From the NCBI RefSeq assembly GCF_037042905.1, contig NC_087250.1:4714001-4778000 (forward strand): DNA of 64,000 bases, given 5' to 3'. Shown piece after piece: positions 1 to 12,701 of this stretch. Made by a program: the position numbers and the translations under genes. The notes below the pieces were generated by a model. That model saw only the letters and a program-made list of their open reading frames with translations. It was not told the DNA's origin and made no database searches. The DNA comes from Lytechinus pictus (Eukaryota). Positions within the stretch are counted from its first letter, which is position 1; each line of letters starts with the position of its first letter.

Positions 1-1486
1 TAATTGATTTCATGTAGGTGTATTCTGAATTTGTGAATCCATGAATCCCTTCAGCTTAACTGGTGATTTTCACTGGTCAGAGCAGGTTAATTTCTTTGTC
101 ACTGAGCATGAAAAGAAAAACTTTATAATTGATTCACCCTAGCCTGGAAGATGACTTCCTCTTGCATGCTAATGTGGAATTATTATAAGATGTAAAAAAA
201 AAATTACATATCAATCAACTATTTGGACTTCCCTTGATGATCACTAATTTTTTTATTTTGAAACTCCTTTTTTTTTTTAAGTTGTAAAAAAAAATCTGGA
301 AAATAAGACAAACCATGTTGTTCAAAAAAAATCTGGAAAATAAGACAAACCATATGGTTTCATGAAATGCAGAAAGGTTTGAAAAAGTAGAACCGCATTT
401 CTTTAGAAAAAAAATTATTTGTGGAATTACAAATGAGAGTTGTGACATATAATATATATAGATACATTTTATATGAAAAATTATAACATTTTACTGAGCC
501 CCATAATTGACACAAACAGTTTCATTCATTCATTGTTTAAAAAGTGTATTGGAAATCATCAGTTAATTAACTAAGATATAACTTCACACAAAACCTCAAG
601 TTTTTCAGCTCGTTAAAATGCTGTGAACCCTTGTTCATTTCCCATCATGAAAAAAAATGATAACATATTGCTCCCGATTGTATATATTGAGGTTACTTAA
701 TTATATTGTCCTGAATGACTACTTATTAACAGACTTTCATGAAAAGGGAAGAATTTAGTGGGCAATGCTCCCCTTCTGATTGATAAAAAGTTCATTGTTT
801 TATTCAGGCTGCCCAGTACAACACGCAAGTGTCCTGTACGACACACAGGTGTCCCGTACGACACAGAAGTGTCCTGTACGACACACAAGTGTCCCGTACG
901 ACACATTATTTTGTTTGTGATATATTGACAGAAATATTCAGCTAATAGCGGTTTCTAACATATGAATGTCTTTAGTTTGATAGGATTATCATTATCATCA
1001 GCCAAATAAAGTGATTGAAGAAGTCAAAGAGACATGAAGTAAGAAAGTTTGGCTTCAATTTATAGAGATGTCCCGTACGACACATTTTGAGTGTCCCGTA
1101 CGCCACAATGTTCTCGAAAATTGTAATTTGCTTTATTTATTCATGAATTTTTATTTTGCTTTCTTTCATAGATGTGTTTGTTCTTGGGTAATTGAATATC
1201 AATTTGAGTTCAGTTTCTATGAAAAATATCTGTCGAACTCACAGACTTTAGAGTACAAACTTGAGGTTTCGAAAAAAGCAACTTTTTCTGCGTCCGTACG
1301 ACACATTACTATTTTAAATCTGTATTATACAGGATGTGAATTCAAGTCATGTTAAGTCTTGGTTTTTCTAACACTCTGGTAGTACTTGATGATCACCTTT
1401 AGTTACTGGAATATTTTTAGTTTTTCTGGTAAAAAAAACTGTCAAATGTTCTCTAAATGTCCCGTACGACACGTATGGAATCACCC
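1..1486. mobile_element. Right end of a non-autonomous DNA transposon (Sola-like), left end outside the window
   Basis: Ends ...GTACGACACGTATGGAATCACCC|AATT. The terminal motif GTCCCGTACGACAC recurs subterminally (1069, 1093, 1292, 1459) and as a 20-bp tandem array at ~811-905. Confidence 0.5.
811..905. repeat. 20-bp tandem repeat, ~4.5 copies
   Basis: Unit ACACACAAGTGTCCYGTACG. Confidence 0.9.
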
Positions 1487-1548
1487 AATTCCGATATTTA
1501 TGTATTGCACACATCTGTAGAGCGCATTATTATTTTCTTATTTTTACA

Positions 1549-1673
1549 TCACGAGGGTGGGGGTTTCTTCGGTGGATTTACACGCAGAATCGCCTTGAGG
1601 TCCTGTACGATTCGAAACTCGGAGGCTGTTCGACCAAGACTAGCAATCGATTCCACGTCAGTCATGTAGAGAT
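1549..1673 (-). CDS. PDZ-IL-1-like gene, terminal coding exon (last beta-trefoil strands plus Pro/Lys tail)
   Basis: Acceptor cccctacag|. The phase-1 frame reads (D)LYMTDVESIASLGRTASEFRIVQDLKAILRVNPPKKPPPS-TGA; the other two frames stop within a few codons. The phase matches the upstream exon 9278-9392. Confidence 0.75.
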
Positions 1674-2475
1674 CTGTAGGGGTAATTGGACAAGATAAGG
1701 TTAAACGGGCCTAATTACAACCGGCAGGCAAAAGATATTCATTTGAACCAACCCATTCTCATTGTTTTTTTTTTATTTAATATTGCTGATTGACAAAAAT
1801 GAATGAATATGATTGACAATCTAACACTCATTCTATAGGGAGGGTACCTACTGAACTTCTTTTTTCCAAATCGGAAAGATATATCACTACTTTGGAACTA
1901 TTTTAAATGAAATGAAATGAAATTTTTTTCACTGGCGGAAGAATTAGGGCTATTTTACTCTATCAAGTGATAAATTGCATCCTGTCAGGTGTGGTCTTCA
2001 TAAATGCCGATTTTTTTTTTTAATGAGCTGGTCGGGGTACCCTTTTCTGGTCAGATATGGAATGTCAGACATATATCTGTGGGAATATTATAACGACTTG
2101 ATTGAAGACTAACACATGCACAGTGAAACGGAGTAAAGTCACACAACAAACCATATTACTACCCTTGTATTATCTGTTTATTCCGAGTGATTCTACAATA
2201 TCTTGTCCACTGGTAGTAAACACTCAACCCTCGAATTTCCTCTAAAAGTGCCACTTTAACACACGAGTCTATGGGAAATGAATTAGGCCTGTGATACCAT
2301 TGCAATAATGGACAATTCATTAATGGCGAGTTATTGCACCGCCACGCCAAACGAATTCAAGAGCACAATGAAATGTATTGAAATATTAATAATAATAATC
2401 AAAGATTTGTATAGCGCACATATCTGTCGATGACACTCAAGGAAATGCAAATCAAATCACAACGAACAGCTGATA

Positions 2476-2973
2476 AAGGTCTTTGTCAAAAGTTGGTGAA
2501 CCGGAACAGCAGTTTCGTCCTAAATTAAGATTCGGAGCTGAAAAAAGGGCGAATACATCGTTTGTTCAGAGTCCAGGACGAAACTGATTCGGTTGTTTGG
2601 TTTTGCGCCATTGAACCCTGCAGTATGTTAAGCATTCTCGGGAATTGTCCCGTCTTGTAAAGTCCCTAAAATCAGGTTTGGTTGTAGGATTGATTATACA
2701 GACAATAATGAAGACAACTTCGTGAGAAACTGTGCTACAATAATGATAATAGGGATTTTGTTGCATCGCCGCGCAAAACGCTTTCAAGAACACAGCAAAT
2801 GTATTGTCAAGTGCCCTACGTGACAATTCAAAGAACAACTAAGAAGTCTTTTTTGAAAATTGGAAAATCGAAACAGTATGTTCTGGAGTCGGGACAAACG
2901 AAATATTTGCGTCAGCTCCAATATTCAGGACGAAACTCCTGTAGCGGTTCACCAATTTTCGACAAAAAGTCCT
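2476..2973. mobile_element. Old MITE with degenerate ~60-bp TIRs
   Basis: ctttgtcaaaagttggtgaacc...gtttcgtcct at the left end versus aggacgaaac...ggttcaccaattttcgacaaa at the right end. Confidence 0.5.
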
Positions 2974-3023
2974 CCCCAGCTGTGCTTTGTCATTTGTCGG
3001 GCATTTCCAATGTATTAACTCAG

Positions 3024-3168
3024 GGGCCCGTTGCAGAAAGAGTTGCAATCAATCGCAACTCTAAAAATCATGTGCATCTTGATTTTCAACCAATCAACAG
3101 CGCACATTTGGAACTTGCGATTGATTTTGTGACTTGCGTTTAAACGCAACTCTTTCTGCAACGGACCC
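3024..3168. mobile_element. PIF/Harbinger-like MITE
   Basis: TIR GGGCCCGTTGCAGAAAGAGTTGC / GCAACTCTTTCTGCAACGGACCC, flanked by CAG and CTG. Confidence 0.75.
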
Positions 3169-4367
3169 CTGTTCTTGAATCCTCCGTACGCCACTGAGCC
3201 AAAAAAAAATCCGTTGTAATAACCACTACACTTTAAAGCAGATACGAACCAATAGCGCCATCTCGAGTCCTCAACTACTCATACCTGGCCAGTTTCCTGA
3301 CCCATAATGCTAGTGTAGTTTAGTAATATAGACCCACTTGAATGATAACATGCTAATTAACTACTCAATAGATTTATACCGGAATAATTATGTTACCAAG
3401 TAGCAAAACAATTACTTTTCCTCTCAAAACATTTTAGTTGTTTCTCTATACAAATACAATTATAGGTCAATTTATTCCATGTAGTATTAGTATATATCTG
3501 AAAACGTATATTTTTAAGACTATGTATTTATAACACACAGTTAATGAGAGACCACACACAGTTTAATCCCCCTTTAGAAACTGTGCTATATTATAATAAT
3601 AATTGTTCTTTGAAGGAGAGGGGACATAAAGCAAAACAAATACGGCACAACGCATGCCCTAAGCTAGATCACTACCTGGATATCCGCCATTGATATTTGA
3701 AACTCTATATTTTGAATAATTGATATGAAGGGGGGGGGGGGGGGTGTTTTACAAAGATTAAGTATGACTTATACCGTGTTTACACTTAATCGGCTTTTGG
3801 TTCAGAACCAAAAGCCGATGCAGAATCGGCGGAAGCGTCGGGTCAGCCGGGTTTTCTCTACTCTACAAATTTACTTGGATTTTGCCACTTTTTAACTTTC
3901 TTCATTGTATTTTACCTTATATGTGTGTTGCCTAACTGTACATAGTCAACCAGAAGTGATTCATTTTACTACTATCATTCATCAACGTGTGATTTTAATC
4001 AACGATTTGCAGTGGTAATGTAGCAACTATTACTACGGTCCCATTAACTGACTTTCGTGTTATTTTTGTACATTTGATTGCCACTGAACTCCACTCATGA
4101 GTCATGTACTTTATATATGGAGCTAGTCAGAGCTACGATTCTTTTTTTCTTGTTCATCGAAGTGACTGATTGCCTACTCTTGCCATTGTAGTTGAGCTTA
4201 TTCGTCTATTATCTCCTGGTATCATTGTTCATCATTCTATGCATTCTTCTATTCTTCATCCTTTCATGCCTTTGTGAGAAAAGGTGAATGAACTGAGTCT
4301 GAGTGATCACTTCAACTACATTGAGTCTAGACTATATACATTATCAGTCAATGCTTCAACTTCAAGT

Positions 4368-5087
4368 ATGACCACTAGGAGTATGGCCATGGAGAAATCA
4401 ACGGCAACTATGGTGTCTGCGGTGATTAAAGACATTCTCACTGATCCTAGGTTTGAAAGTGTTGTGGCTGGTCATATAGAGAAACGTCTGTTAGATATCA
4501 AGGAAGAACTACAAACCCAAGAAGCACGTATTCTTGACCTAGAATCAACATCGAAATCCAAGAGCGCTGAAATTGAATCCCTTCGATCCCAATTGGAAAC
4601 CCGAACGAACGCTTTAAATGCCTTGAACAATCGTCTGGAAGGTCTGGAGCAGTATTCTAGGAGAAATTCCCTTCGCTTCTTCGGCATTAAAGAATCACCT
4701 GGTGAGAACACAGATGACATCATTATAAAGCTTGCCACGGATAACCTGAAGATGAATCTGCGCAAAGAGGACATCGATCGCAGCCATCGCATAGGTCCAC
4801 CCAAGGAGTCCACCTCTGAAAACACCAAACCACGGGCTATCATCGTTAAGTTCTCTTCGTACAGGAAACGTCGCGAGGTCATCGGAAACCGGCGTAAATT
4901 AGCAGGTAAACGAATGTCCATCTTAGAAGACCTGACTGCAAAGAATGCTGTTCTTCTCAATGCCGCTCGCCTTAGTCCTAAAGTGAAATCTGCATGGTCC
5001 ATCGACGGTCGAATATTTGCATTACCAAATACTGCTGGTAGCGTGAAGAAACTCTTAACTTGTAAGGAAGATATAAACAAGCTCTGA
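4368..5087 (+). CDS. LINE ORF1p (coiled coil + RRM + CTD, Transposase_22-like)
   Basis: Motifs LEQYSRRNSLRFFGIKE, IDRSHRIG, PRAIIVKF, ILEDLT and AWSIDG. First in-frame ATG at 4368. Confidence 0.9.
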   Translation: MTTRSMAMEKSTATMVSAVIKDILTDPRFESVVAGHIEKRLLDIKEELQTQEARILDLESTSKSKSAEIESLRSQLETRTNALNALNNRLEGLEQYSRRNSLRFFGIKESPGENTDDIIIKLATDNLKMNLRKEDIDRSHRIGPPKESTSENTKPRAIIVKFSSYRKRREVIGNRRKLAGKRMSILEDLTAKNAVLLNAARLSPKVKSAWSIDGRIFALPNTAGSVKKLLTCKEDINKL

Positions 5088-5374
5088 TCACATGTATTGA
5101 TCTGCCATGTATACTTCTGGTTGACTCTTACCATTTATCCTCCTCACTATGAAACTGGACTCTTATCTCGAACTTTTTGAACTTTATAGCTACTTTTTTC
5201 CCACTTTGGCGGGACCAATGTTATTTGTAATACTGTATAGAATGTTTTCATATTTTGCATGTTTCTTGTTTCTCTTTCCTTATTATTCTCAACTACTCTG
5301 TTTTGTCTCAACTATTCCTCCTGTATCCTTTTCCTGTTATTTCTATTACTTTATTCTATTGCTTACACAACTTG

Positions 5375-8300
5375 ATGTCAGGTGATGATTTCTACAGTTG
5401 TAATACCAATGCTCCTTTGCAATTTTCATATATGTATGATTCTGTATTCCCTTTTCAGGGTATAGGTGACGATGAATTCAGTGCAATATTTCAAGATACA
5501 GTGACATGTACAGATTTTGATAGACATATGTTTAATGAACTCTCACAAAATAACGATGAATTCCATTTTAGCAGATTTCTTAACTGTAAATATTTTGTTG
5601 ACGACGATTTTACCTCTCAGTTCAACGACGTTCATAATCATTTTAGTATTCTTCATTTCAATTCTCGTAGTCTAAACAAAAACTTCAATGCTATCTCTAC
5701 TTTCATATCCACTTTGTGTATCGATTTCTCAATATACGGTTTCTCTGAAACATGGATCTGTAAAAATACTCCTTTGTTATTTAACATTCCAGGTTATTCT
5801 TTTGTCCACTCTAGCCGTCAACATGGCAAAGGTGGTGGTGTTGCTTTATTAGTTTCTGATACTTATAATTTTAATATCCGTAATGATTTTTTACAACCTT
5901 CAAATAATTATGAATCACTTTTTATTGAAATTGACATGTTTAGAGAAAAGAACATTATAATAGGTGTAATATACAGGAAACCTCAATCAAATATAAATGA
6001 ATTTTCAACCATCTTTGAAAATTGTTTAAACAAGCTTGATTCTGAAAACAAACAGGTTTATTTAATGGGTGACTTCAACATAGATATTTTGAAGTATACT
6101 AATGCTACTATAAGTAATTTTCTCAGTATAATACATTCTCACTTCTTTATTCCTTTAATTGACAAACCTTCTAGGGTTACTGCTGGATCTATGTCACTCA
6201 TTGATAATATATTTACCAATAATTTTGATTTAAATGTTTCCTCTGGTCTATTCTACAATGATATATCTGATCACTTCCCTATTTTTCAAATAACACAGAA
6301 ACAATTTCCTGTCCATGGTATTCCTGAGCTTAGTCTACGTCTTATCAATGATGATACTATTAATGCATTTAAACATGAGCTCCTAGATTATGACTGGACT
6401 AAATTATTTGATATTACTGATACAACGCTTGCTTTTGACAAATTTCTTGATACTTTTACTCTTTTATACAATAAAGTTTTTGTAACAAAATCATATAAAT
6501 CCACCCGTAAAAAATTAAAAAGCCATGGATTTCTCCTGATCTTTATAAAAAAATCAAAGATAAGAATAGAATTTATAAATCATATATATTAAACCCTTCT
6601 GAAAGCAACAGGCAAAAATATGTTAAAGCAAGAAACCATATAAATAGGTTATTAAGGTATGCTCGTAAAGACTATTACAAAACTAAATTTTTTGCAATGA
6701 AGGGAAATATGAAACAAACTTGGCGGCTCATCAATGATATATTACATAAAACAAAAAATAAATTACCAAATTACATCAATGCTGATGGAAGGCGAATCAC
6801 AGATTTTAAAGAGATAGCTGATTTTTTTAATACTTATTTCGTCAACATTGGTTTATCTTTAAACAATTCAATATCCCAGACTTCAAACAGCTCTGATAAT
6901 TTTACCAAATTCTTGCCCATGCAAAATTCAAATTCTCTTTACTTCAAACCTATTACTGAGAGCGATATCACTGATGTTGTTAAAAAGCTAAACTGTACAA
7001 ATAGTTGTGGCATTGATAATTTTAATCCTCGAGTTATAAAGAATGTTATATATTGTATAGTCAAACCATTATGTTTTATCTTTAATTTGTCTATTTTGAC
7101 TGGTATTGTACCTTTCAAATTAAAGATTGCAAAAGTTATACCTGTTCATAAGAAAAGTGATGTTCATGATGTTTTTAATTATCGACCAATTTCCATACTT
7201 CCTTATTTTTCAAAAATTCTGGAAAGGCTTATTTACAATCGACTTTATGATTTTTTATGTACAAATTCAATTTTAAATGAATGTCAATATGGTTTCCTAA
7301 AGAATGTATCAACCGAAATGGCTGTAATTGATTTACACGATTATTTAATTAATGTTTTCAATAAAAAACTTTACTCTATTGGAGTATTCTTAGACTTAAG
7401 CAAAGCTTTCGACACCATTGACTTTTCAGTACTTATATCAAAACTTTATAATTATGGAATAAGAGGGTTACCTCTTCAGTGGTTTCAGAATTATTTATAC
7501 AATAGAATTCAATACGTTTCTTTTAACAATATTTTGTCCAACCCATTAGAGATTTCATGCGGCGTGCCCCAGGGGTCAATCCTCGGGCCCCTCCTTTTTC
7601 TGATATATATCAATGACCTGCCTTTTCGTTCTGATAAATTGAAATTCATTTTATTTGCTGATGACACCAATATTTTATTTACTTCAAATGATATTACTTC
7701 TCTATATGACACATTAAACATTGAATTATTGAAAGTTTCGAACTGGTTTAAATGTAATAAATTGGTAATTAATGCTGATAAGTCTAACTTCATATACTTT
7801 TGTTCCCAATATCGACGTTTATCAGCAGATATCCTCGATTCATTTAAATTGGAAATGTCAGGAAACTATATCAAACGTGTTACCTCAACCAAATTCTTGG
7901 GTATTACTATTGATGAAAATTTATCTTGGAAAACTCATATAGCCCAAATTAACAAAACAATATCTAGAAATGTTGGTGTCATCAGCAAACTTCGCCATGT
8001 CTTGCCTCAATCCGTTTTGCTAATGTTATACAATACTCTTATTTTACCGTATCTCAGTTACTGTAATATTGTTTGGGCAAATACTCATCCAACCAAACTC
8101 AAATGTTTATACCTCCTGCAAAAGAGGGTTGTCAGAATAATTACACTTTCTCATTATCAAGCCCATTCTAGCCCACTATTTAAACAACTCAATATATTAG
8201 ATGTATACCAGTTAAATGACTATATGTGTGCAATTCTCATATTTAAACATGTAAACACTCAACTTCCTAAATACATATCGGATATGTTTGTAAAGAACAG

Positions 8301-8499
8301 TTTAATTCATACTTATAATACTAGAAACAGGAATCAATACCACAGATGGAATGTGAATACAGAATTTACTTTTTATTCATGTAGGCATCATGCTCCTACA
8401 ATCTGGAATTCACTCCCTACATTTATAACCTCTATTTCATTTTATAACAGATTTAAGCACAATGTAAAGCTATATTTGATCAAACGTGACTCTCGTTGA
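5375..8499 (+). CDS. LINE ORF2p, AP endonuclease + reverse transcriptase, with one -1 frameshift at ~6509-6514
   Basis: APE motifs HFNSRSL, SETW, GGGV, MGDFN, IDNIF and SDHFP; RT motifs YRPIS, QYGF, DLSKAFD, GVPQGSILGP, FADDT and FLG. Adding one A to the A6 run joins the two ORFs (KKIKKPWISP...). Confidence 0.9.
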
Positions 8500-9277
8500 A
8501 GTTTAAATGATTTTTGTCTTCTTTCCTTTCAACCCCCCCCCCCTCTGCTTTTCATTCTCTCCTACCCTTTTCATGTATGTTTGTTCTGGGTTAGTCTTGG
8601 TGCAAGACGCAATTCATTTTTATTTACTGAATATTTACTGAATTTGTTCTCCGCTTTTATTAATTGATCAAATCTTATGCAAGTACGGGAGCTGTCTTGA
8701 CAAGACCTTTACGGTCTTTTACAGCTATACCTAATTTCAATACTTTTCTATTCAATACGCATGTACATACCATTCATATACTTTATTTTATCTTGAATTG
8801 CATTTTTTATCCAATGTGTTGTTATAAAATGTTTTTAATATTGGAATTGAATAAAGTTGAACTTGAACTTGAATCGGCTTTTGGTTTGCGTTTACACGTT
8901 GTTACAGCTCGCGGTTCAGAACCGCGAGCCGATGCAAAAACCTGAAATGATACGCACACCAACAATATACGTCATAATAAAGACAACGCTGGATCAGTGC
9001 GCTTACAATTACGTCACAATGGTAAAGTAAATGAAATGCGCACAAATTGCCGATGCAGAATCGGCTTTCTGTTTACACGTAGTAAAAAAGCCGATTCTGC
9101 ATCGGCTCGCGGTTCAGAACCTACTACTTTGGTGGTGCAAATTGCCGGTTCTGAACCGCGAGCCGATTCAAGTTGCTCGCGTTTACACGCTATGAAAAAG
9201 CCGATTCAAATGCCGATTAAGTGTAAACACGGTAAGAGTCATACTTCAATCTTTGTGAAACAGCCTCAACGTCTTAC

Positions 9278-9392
9278 CATTAGTGTTGGCTGCCTTGATT
9301 ATGGCTGAACCGGTAGGAGGCAATGTCAAGAAAAAGAACTTGTTATTCTGTGGTATCTGGAAACGGGGATTTGTCATCCAGCGAGGAAACTC
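9278..9392 (-). CDS. PDZ-IL-1-like gene, exon (KFFF strand region)
   Basis: Acceptor ctctctctattgtcag|, donor |gtaaga. 115 bp, phase 0 to 1; only one frame is open: EFPRWMTNPRFQIPQNNKFFFLTLPPTGSAIIKAANTN. Confidence 0.85.
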
Positions 9393-10199
9393 CTGACAAT
9401 AGAGAGAGAGGGAGGAGTGAGATTCGTATAGCTAAGGCTGTGCATTGTTTTACTTTAACAAAATAACGGAAACCGGGATTCCCAGTTATATTTCTCAAAA
9501 TAGCCAAACGATTTATAGTCTTTCATTTTTCATTTACATCATCATAATATTCAGGTTGTCTTCTTTATTTTGATACCAACTTTTTTATATGAATATTTAA
9601 CGTCAGATGTAGGACTAGCAAGAAGTGTTTGAAAATTCAATGTCAAAACCAAGTTGCGCAGGAAAAATGGGTCGAGATTTGTTAAAATCTTTAGTTGTTT
9701 TTTTTTTAAGTTTATTTCACTAAAGATGGGAGTGGGTTCAGATTCACAAGTGAGTTTCTACGCAAATCGTTTCTGACAAGCTTCCGTATTCATTTTTATT
9801 CATCCAATGCGTGAACAGTTCAGTAAGTATTTGGTCTCGAATCAAATTTTAGATTCCACTCTTACTATTGGTGTTTAATTTTATTTCATTTCATTTCTTC
9901 TTTATTTCACAATCTGACTAAAAAGTCAGGCTATGATAAAATAATATTTAATTGTTGTTAAATTGTCTCTAAGGACACGTTTCGTATTCTGTTGGACACA
10001 CTATACAACATGACAACCATGAGTGTAACTATTAAATAAGGAAAATTTGAGTTTGATGAATTTATGACATATTTTAACCTAATTTAACAAAAATACGCAA
10101 AAGTAAATAGATCAATGGAAATTAGACAACCCCATAAACAGATCAAATTAAAAGCAAGCCATAGGAGGTATTAGACATTGTGTTAGTTCGACCAACACA

Positions 10200-10525
10200 A
10201 TGATGATGATGATGATGAAAATGATGATGACGACGAAGATGATGATGATAATGATGATGATATAATGAAGATGATGGTGATGATGATTATGATGATGATG
10301 ATGATGAAATGATGATGATGATGATCATTAATTCATGATCATGATGATAGTGATGATGATAACGATGGTGATAATGATGCTGATAATGATGAATACGATG
10401 GTGATGATGATGATGATGATGATAATGATGATAGTGATGATAATGATGATAGTAATATGATGGGGATGATGATGATAATGATGATAGTGATGATGATGAT
10501 GGTGGTGATGATGATCACGATGACT
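10200..10525. repeat. Degenerate (GAT)n microsatellite
   Basis: Visible directly in the sequence. Confidence 0.95.
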
Positions 10526-10621
10526 TTTTCGGCGTTGAAAGCGATGAATAATGGCAGTGTTGCAAAAATTTTCGATTATTATGACGACATCTAAGACGAC
10601 CACGTAGGGCAATGAACTTAC

Positions 10622-10758
10622 TACCACGCGAAGGGGACCCGCAGTGACACCTTTAACGCACATCGGTCTGCGGGGTGACCCGGGTTCGGAGATGGCGATT
10701 GGATCTCCAGGGGGGGTTCCTCCACCTACAACTTGATAGTAGTTCAGGGTCACGTTTT
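10622..10758 (-). CDS. PDZ-IL-1-like gene, exon (beta4-beta7 equivalent)
   Basis: Acceptor ttttctttgtgactttgtcaacag|, donor |gtaagt. 137 bp, phase 1 to 0: (Q)NVTLNYYQVVGGGTPPGDPIAISEPGSPRRPMCVKGVTAGPLRVV, resembling the IL-1 'Y...G.PVAL...LSC...L' pattern. Confidence 0.85.
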
Positions 10759-11262
10759 CTGTTGACAAAGTCACAAAGAAAAGAAAAGATGTCTGCACCA
10801 AAATCTTTATCAGATTGCAGGAGAATGGCATGATGCATCTCGTTATTAGGAGATATTTTCGTTTTAATGAGGTGATATCGTTAAAACGAGATTTAAAAAA
10901 TGTATTTTAATCATCTTCCGCCCGGACTCCGGTACATTCACCAGTACAAAAGGTGCAACTCCGTACATTCACGAGTACAAGAAAAGGCATGTTTCATTCA
11001 CCGTCCTGCCAAATTTACACACGTCACACCATTGCACTCGACTCAAAGGTGTTTAATCAGAATAATGCAAATCTTTAAAATTCAATAACTTCGTTATTTG
11101 TTATCCGATTTTGATGACATTTTTAGCATTTTGCTGTATGAATTTTACTCTATTTATTTCGATATAAATATCTTCAGCCTGGAGCATCCCTTTAAATACC
11201 CCCGCATTCAACTCTTTATATACATGAAGCTACGTCTAGCGTCCATGCCTGAATTCTTTTAC

Positions 11263-11312
<50 letters not shown>

Positions 11313-11407
11313 ACCTACACCCGACAAAATAAATTATAATTGGTATAATGTCGAAAATCTGTCTATCTGACGGTCAATCGGATCGGGGTCGCCCTAGCCA
11401 CTTACCC

Positions 11408-12701
11408 GTCTCTGTGGTCAGTGGTTAAGGCACCGGCGCATGCACAGTGGGCCGGGGCGAAACAAAAAAGCGCCAAAAGTCATTTCGGGCAATTTCAGAT
11501 TTTTAATTTTTGTCATGCCCAGCTGAAAGACAAGACTTTGAAGAATACTTCAGCAAAATATTTCATTCGGGAATTTGCATAAAGATTGTTAATTTCCTAC
11601 CCTAAATCGTAAAATGTGACATTTTGCGAAATGCCGCGAATATGACAACTTAGTTGAAAAACAAGCTATTTCACAGGAGGTTTTTCATGTAGGAATCTGA
11701 AATGGCTCCAACATAATCCTGATATATTCTTTTTTTCATGTGAAAGGGTTCAAAGTAGATAAAAGACACTTTTAAGGAGGTTTATAGGATAATTATTCCT
11801 CGAAATAGGCTGATAATCCATGTTTTTTGCATTTACATGAGAAACGTTTCGATTTCCGTGAATTTCCGTTTAAATTCTATCATCATCATTTTGCCCGATG
11901 TCTAAGCTTTAATTCGATACCAAATTTAGCTGCCCGTTTTGCCCGTTTTTATGTTAGAGCCGATTTTACTTAAGACATCACCCCCAAAACCTGTTCAAAA
12001 ACGGTTATTTTTATACAGCGCAGTCATCGCAGCGCACCGTGTAGGGTGTACATTGCCGTTCATTTTTGCAATTTTGCACGGCGGGGACGATTCCCCTTCC
12101 ATTCCATGAAATTCCGGGCATAATGTTAACAAAATGAAGGTTGATAATGCATAAGGGCTACCCAGCCCTCTTCCAGAATTAAAAGTTACTTGTAGAATAA
12201 TTTCAGCCCAAAACCCTCCTCGTAGTAAAACATTCGTGATGTTATATACTCCGCGTTTTACCCAAGTCTACACAGCTTGATAAAGCACGGTTAATATTTT
12301 TCAGATTTTCAAGTATTTTTTTAATCCAATGATCATTTTGATGCCATAAAATTATTTTCAGGATCTCATACACACTTTTTAGGCATGTGAGCAGCATAAA
12401 CCAACATTCACTCTGGTCAATCTCAAAGTAACACATAACACAAAGTTTATATACTGCACATTATTTAGCGTAATATTCCTTTTCACAGAGGTTTTAAGTA
12501 GCCAATCTAAATTTGGTATCAAAGTGACGTCATATGGGCGTTGAATTATGTTCAGTCGATTCTACGCCAAAAATAACCCTTAATCAACATGTTAAAGTAA
12601 AAATATAACACGGAAAATAATTTTGGCGCACTGTCAACTCATTCTGGCCCACTGTGCGGCGTTCCAAGCTGGGGGCCCGGGTTCGATTCCCGGCAGAGAC
12701 A
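11408..12701 (+). pseudogene. tRNA-Gly(TCC)-like cloverleaf, interrupted by a transposon
   Basis: Joining 11408-11438 with 12662-12701 gives 71 nt: acceptor stem GTCTCTG/CAGAGAC, A box TGGTCAGTGG, anticodon arm CCGGC-GTTCCAA-GCTGG, T arm CCGGG-TTCGATT-CCCGG, followed by TTTTTT. Confidence 0.8.
11443..12656. mobile_element. Non-autonomous Transib-like element with RSS-like termini
   Basis: CACAGTGGGCC...GGCCCACTGTG, with a second block GCGCCAAAA at the same offset in both ends. CGGCG is duplicated (11434-11438 and 12657-12661). Confidence 0.8.

Larger units (their letters stand above)
3831..8870 (+). mobile_element. Full-length non-LTR retrotransposon, CR1/L2 group (Crack/Daphne-like)
   Basis: 5'UTR, ORF1, ORF2 (APE + RT), AATAAA at 8850, (TTGAAC)n tail, and 8-bp TSD GAATCGGC at 3823-3830 and 8871-8878. 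Confidence 0.95.
3774..9232. mobile_element. MITE (~410 bp) split by a LINE insertion
   Basis: Perfect TIR CCGTGTTTACACTTAATCGGC / GCCGATTAAGTGTAAACACGG, flanked by TA. A more degenerate outer inverted repeat extends to ~3742 and ~9265. Confidence 0.85.

Noticed and set aside
811..905. CRISPR-like look of the 20-bp repeats
   Set aside because: No unique spacers and no cas genes, in a eukaryotic context; the motif matches the subterminal repeat of a DNA transposon.
1848..3345. Extra candidate minus-strand micro-exons (~3286-3310, 2229-2268, 2041-2076, 1848-1898)
   Set aside because: Most have weak donors (gttgag, gtaccc), and including them would break the IL-1-like strand spacing; the direct 9278-to-1673 splice is in phase.
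4472..5134. 220-aa antisense ORF
   Set aside because: Shadow of LINE ORF1 with no independent motifs.
5340..5415. Possible 2A-like ribosome-skipping peptide at the ORF2 N-terminus (LMSGDD...)
   Set aside because: Lacks the required D(V/I)ExNPGP motif.
10328..10621. Poly-His/poly-Ile tail of the 167-aa ORF
   Set aside because: Read-through past a gtaagt donor into a (GAT)n microsatellite; only 10622-10758 is exon-like.
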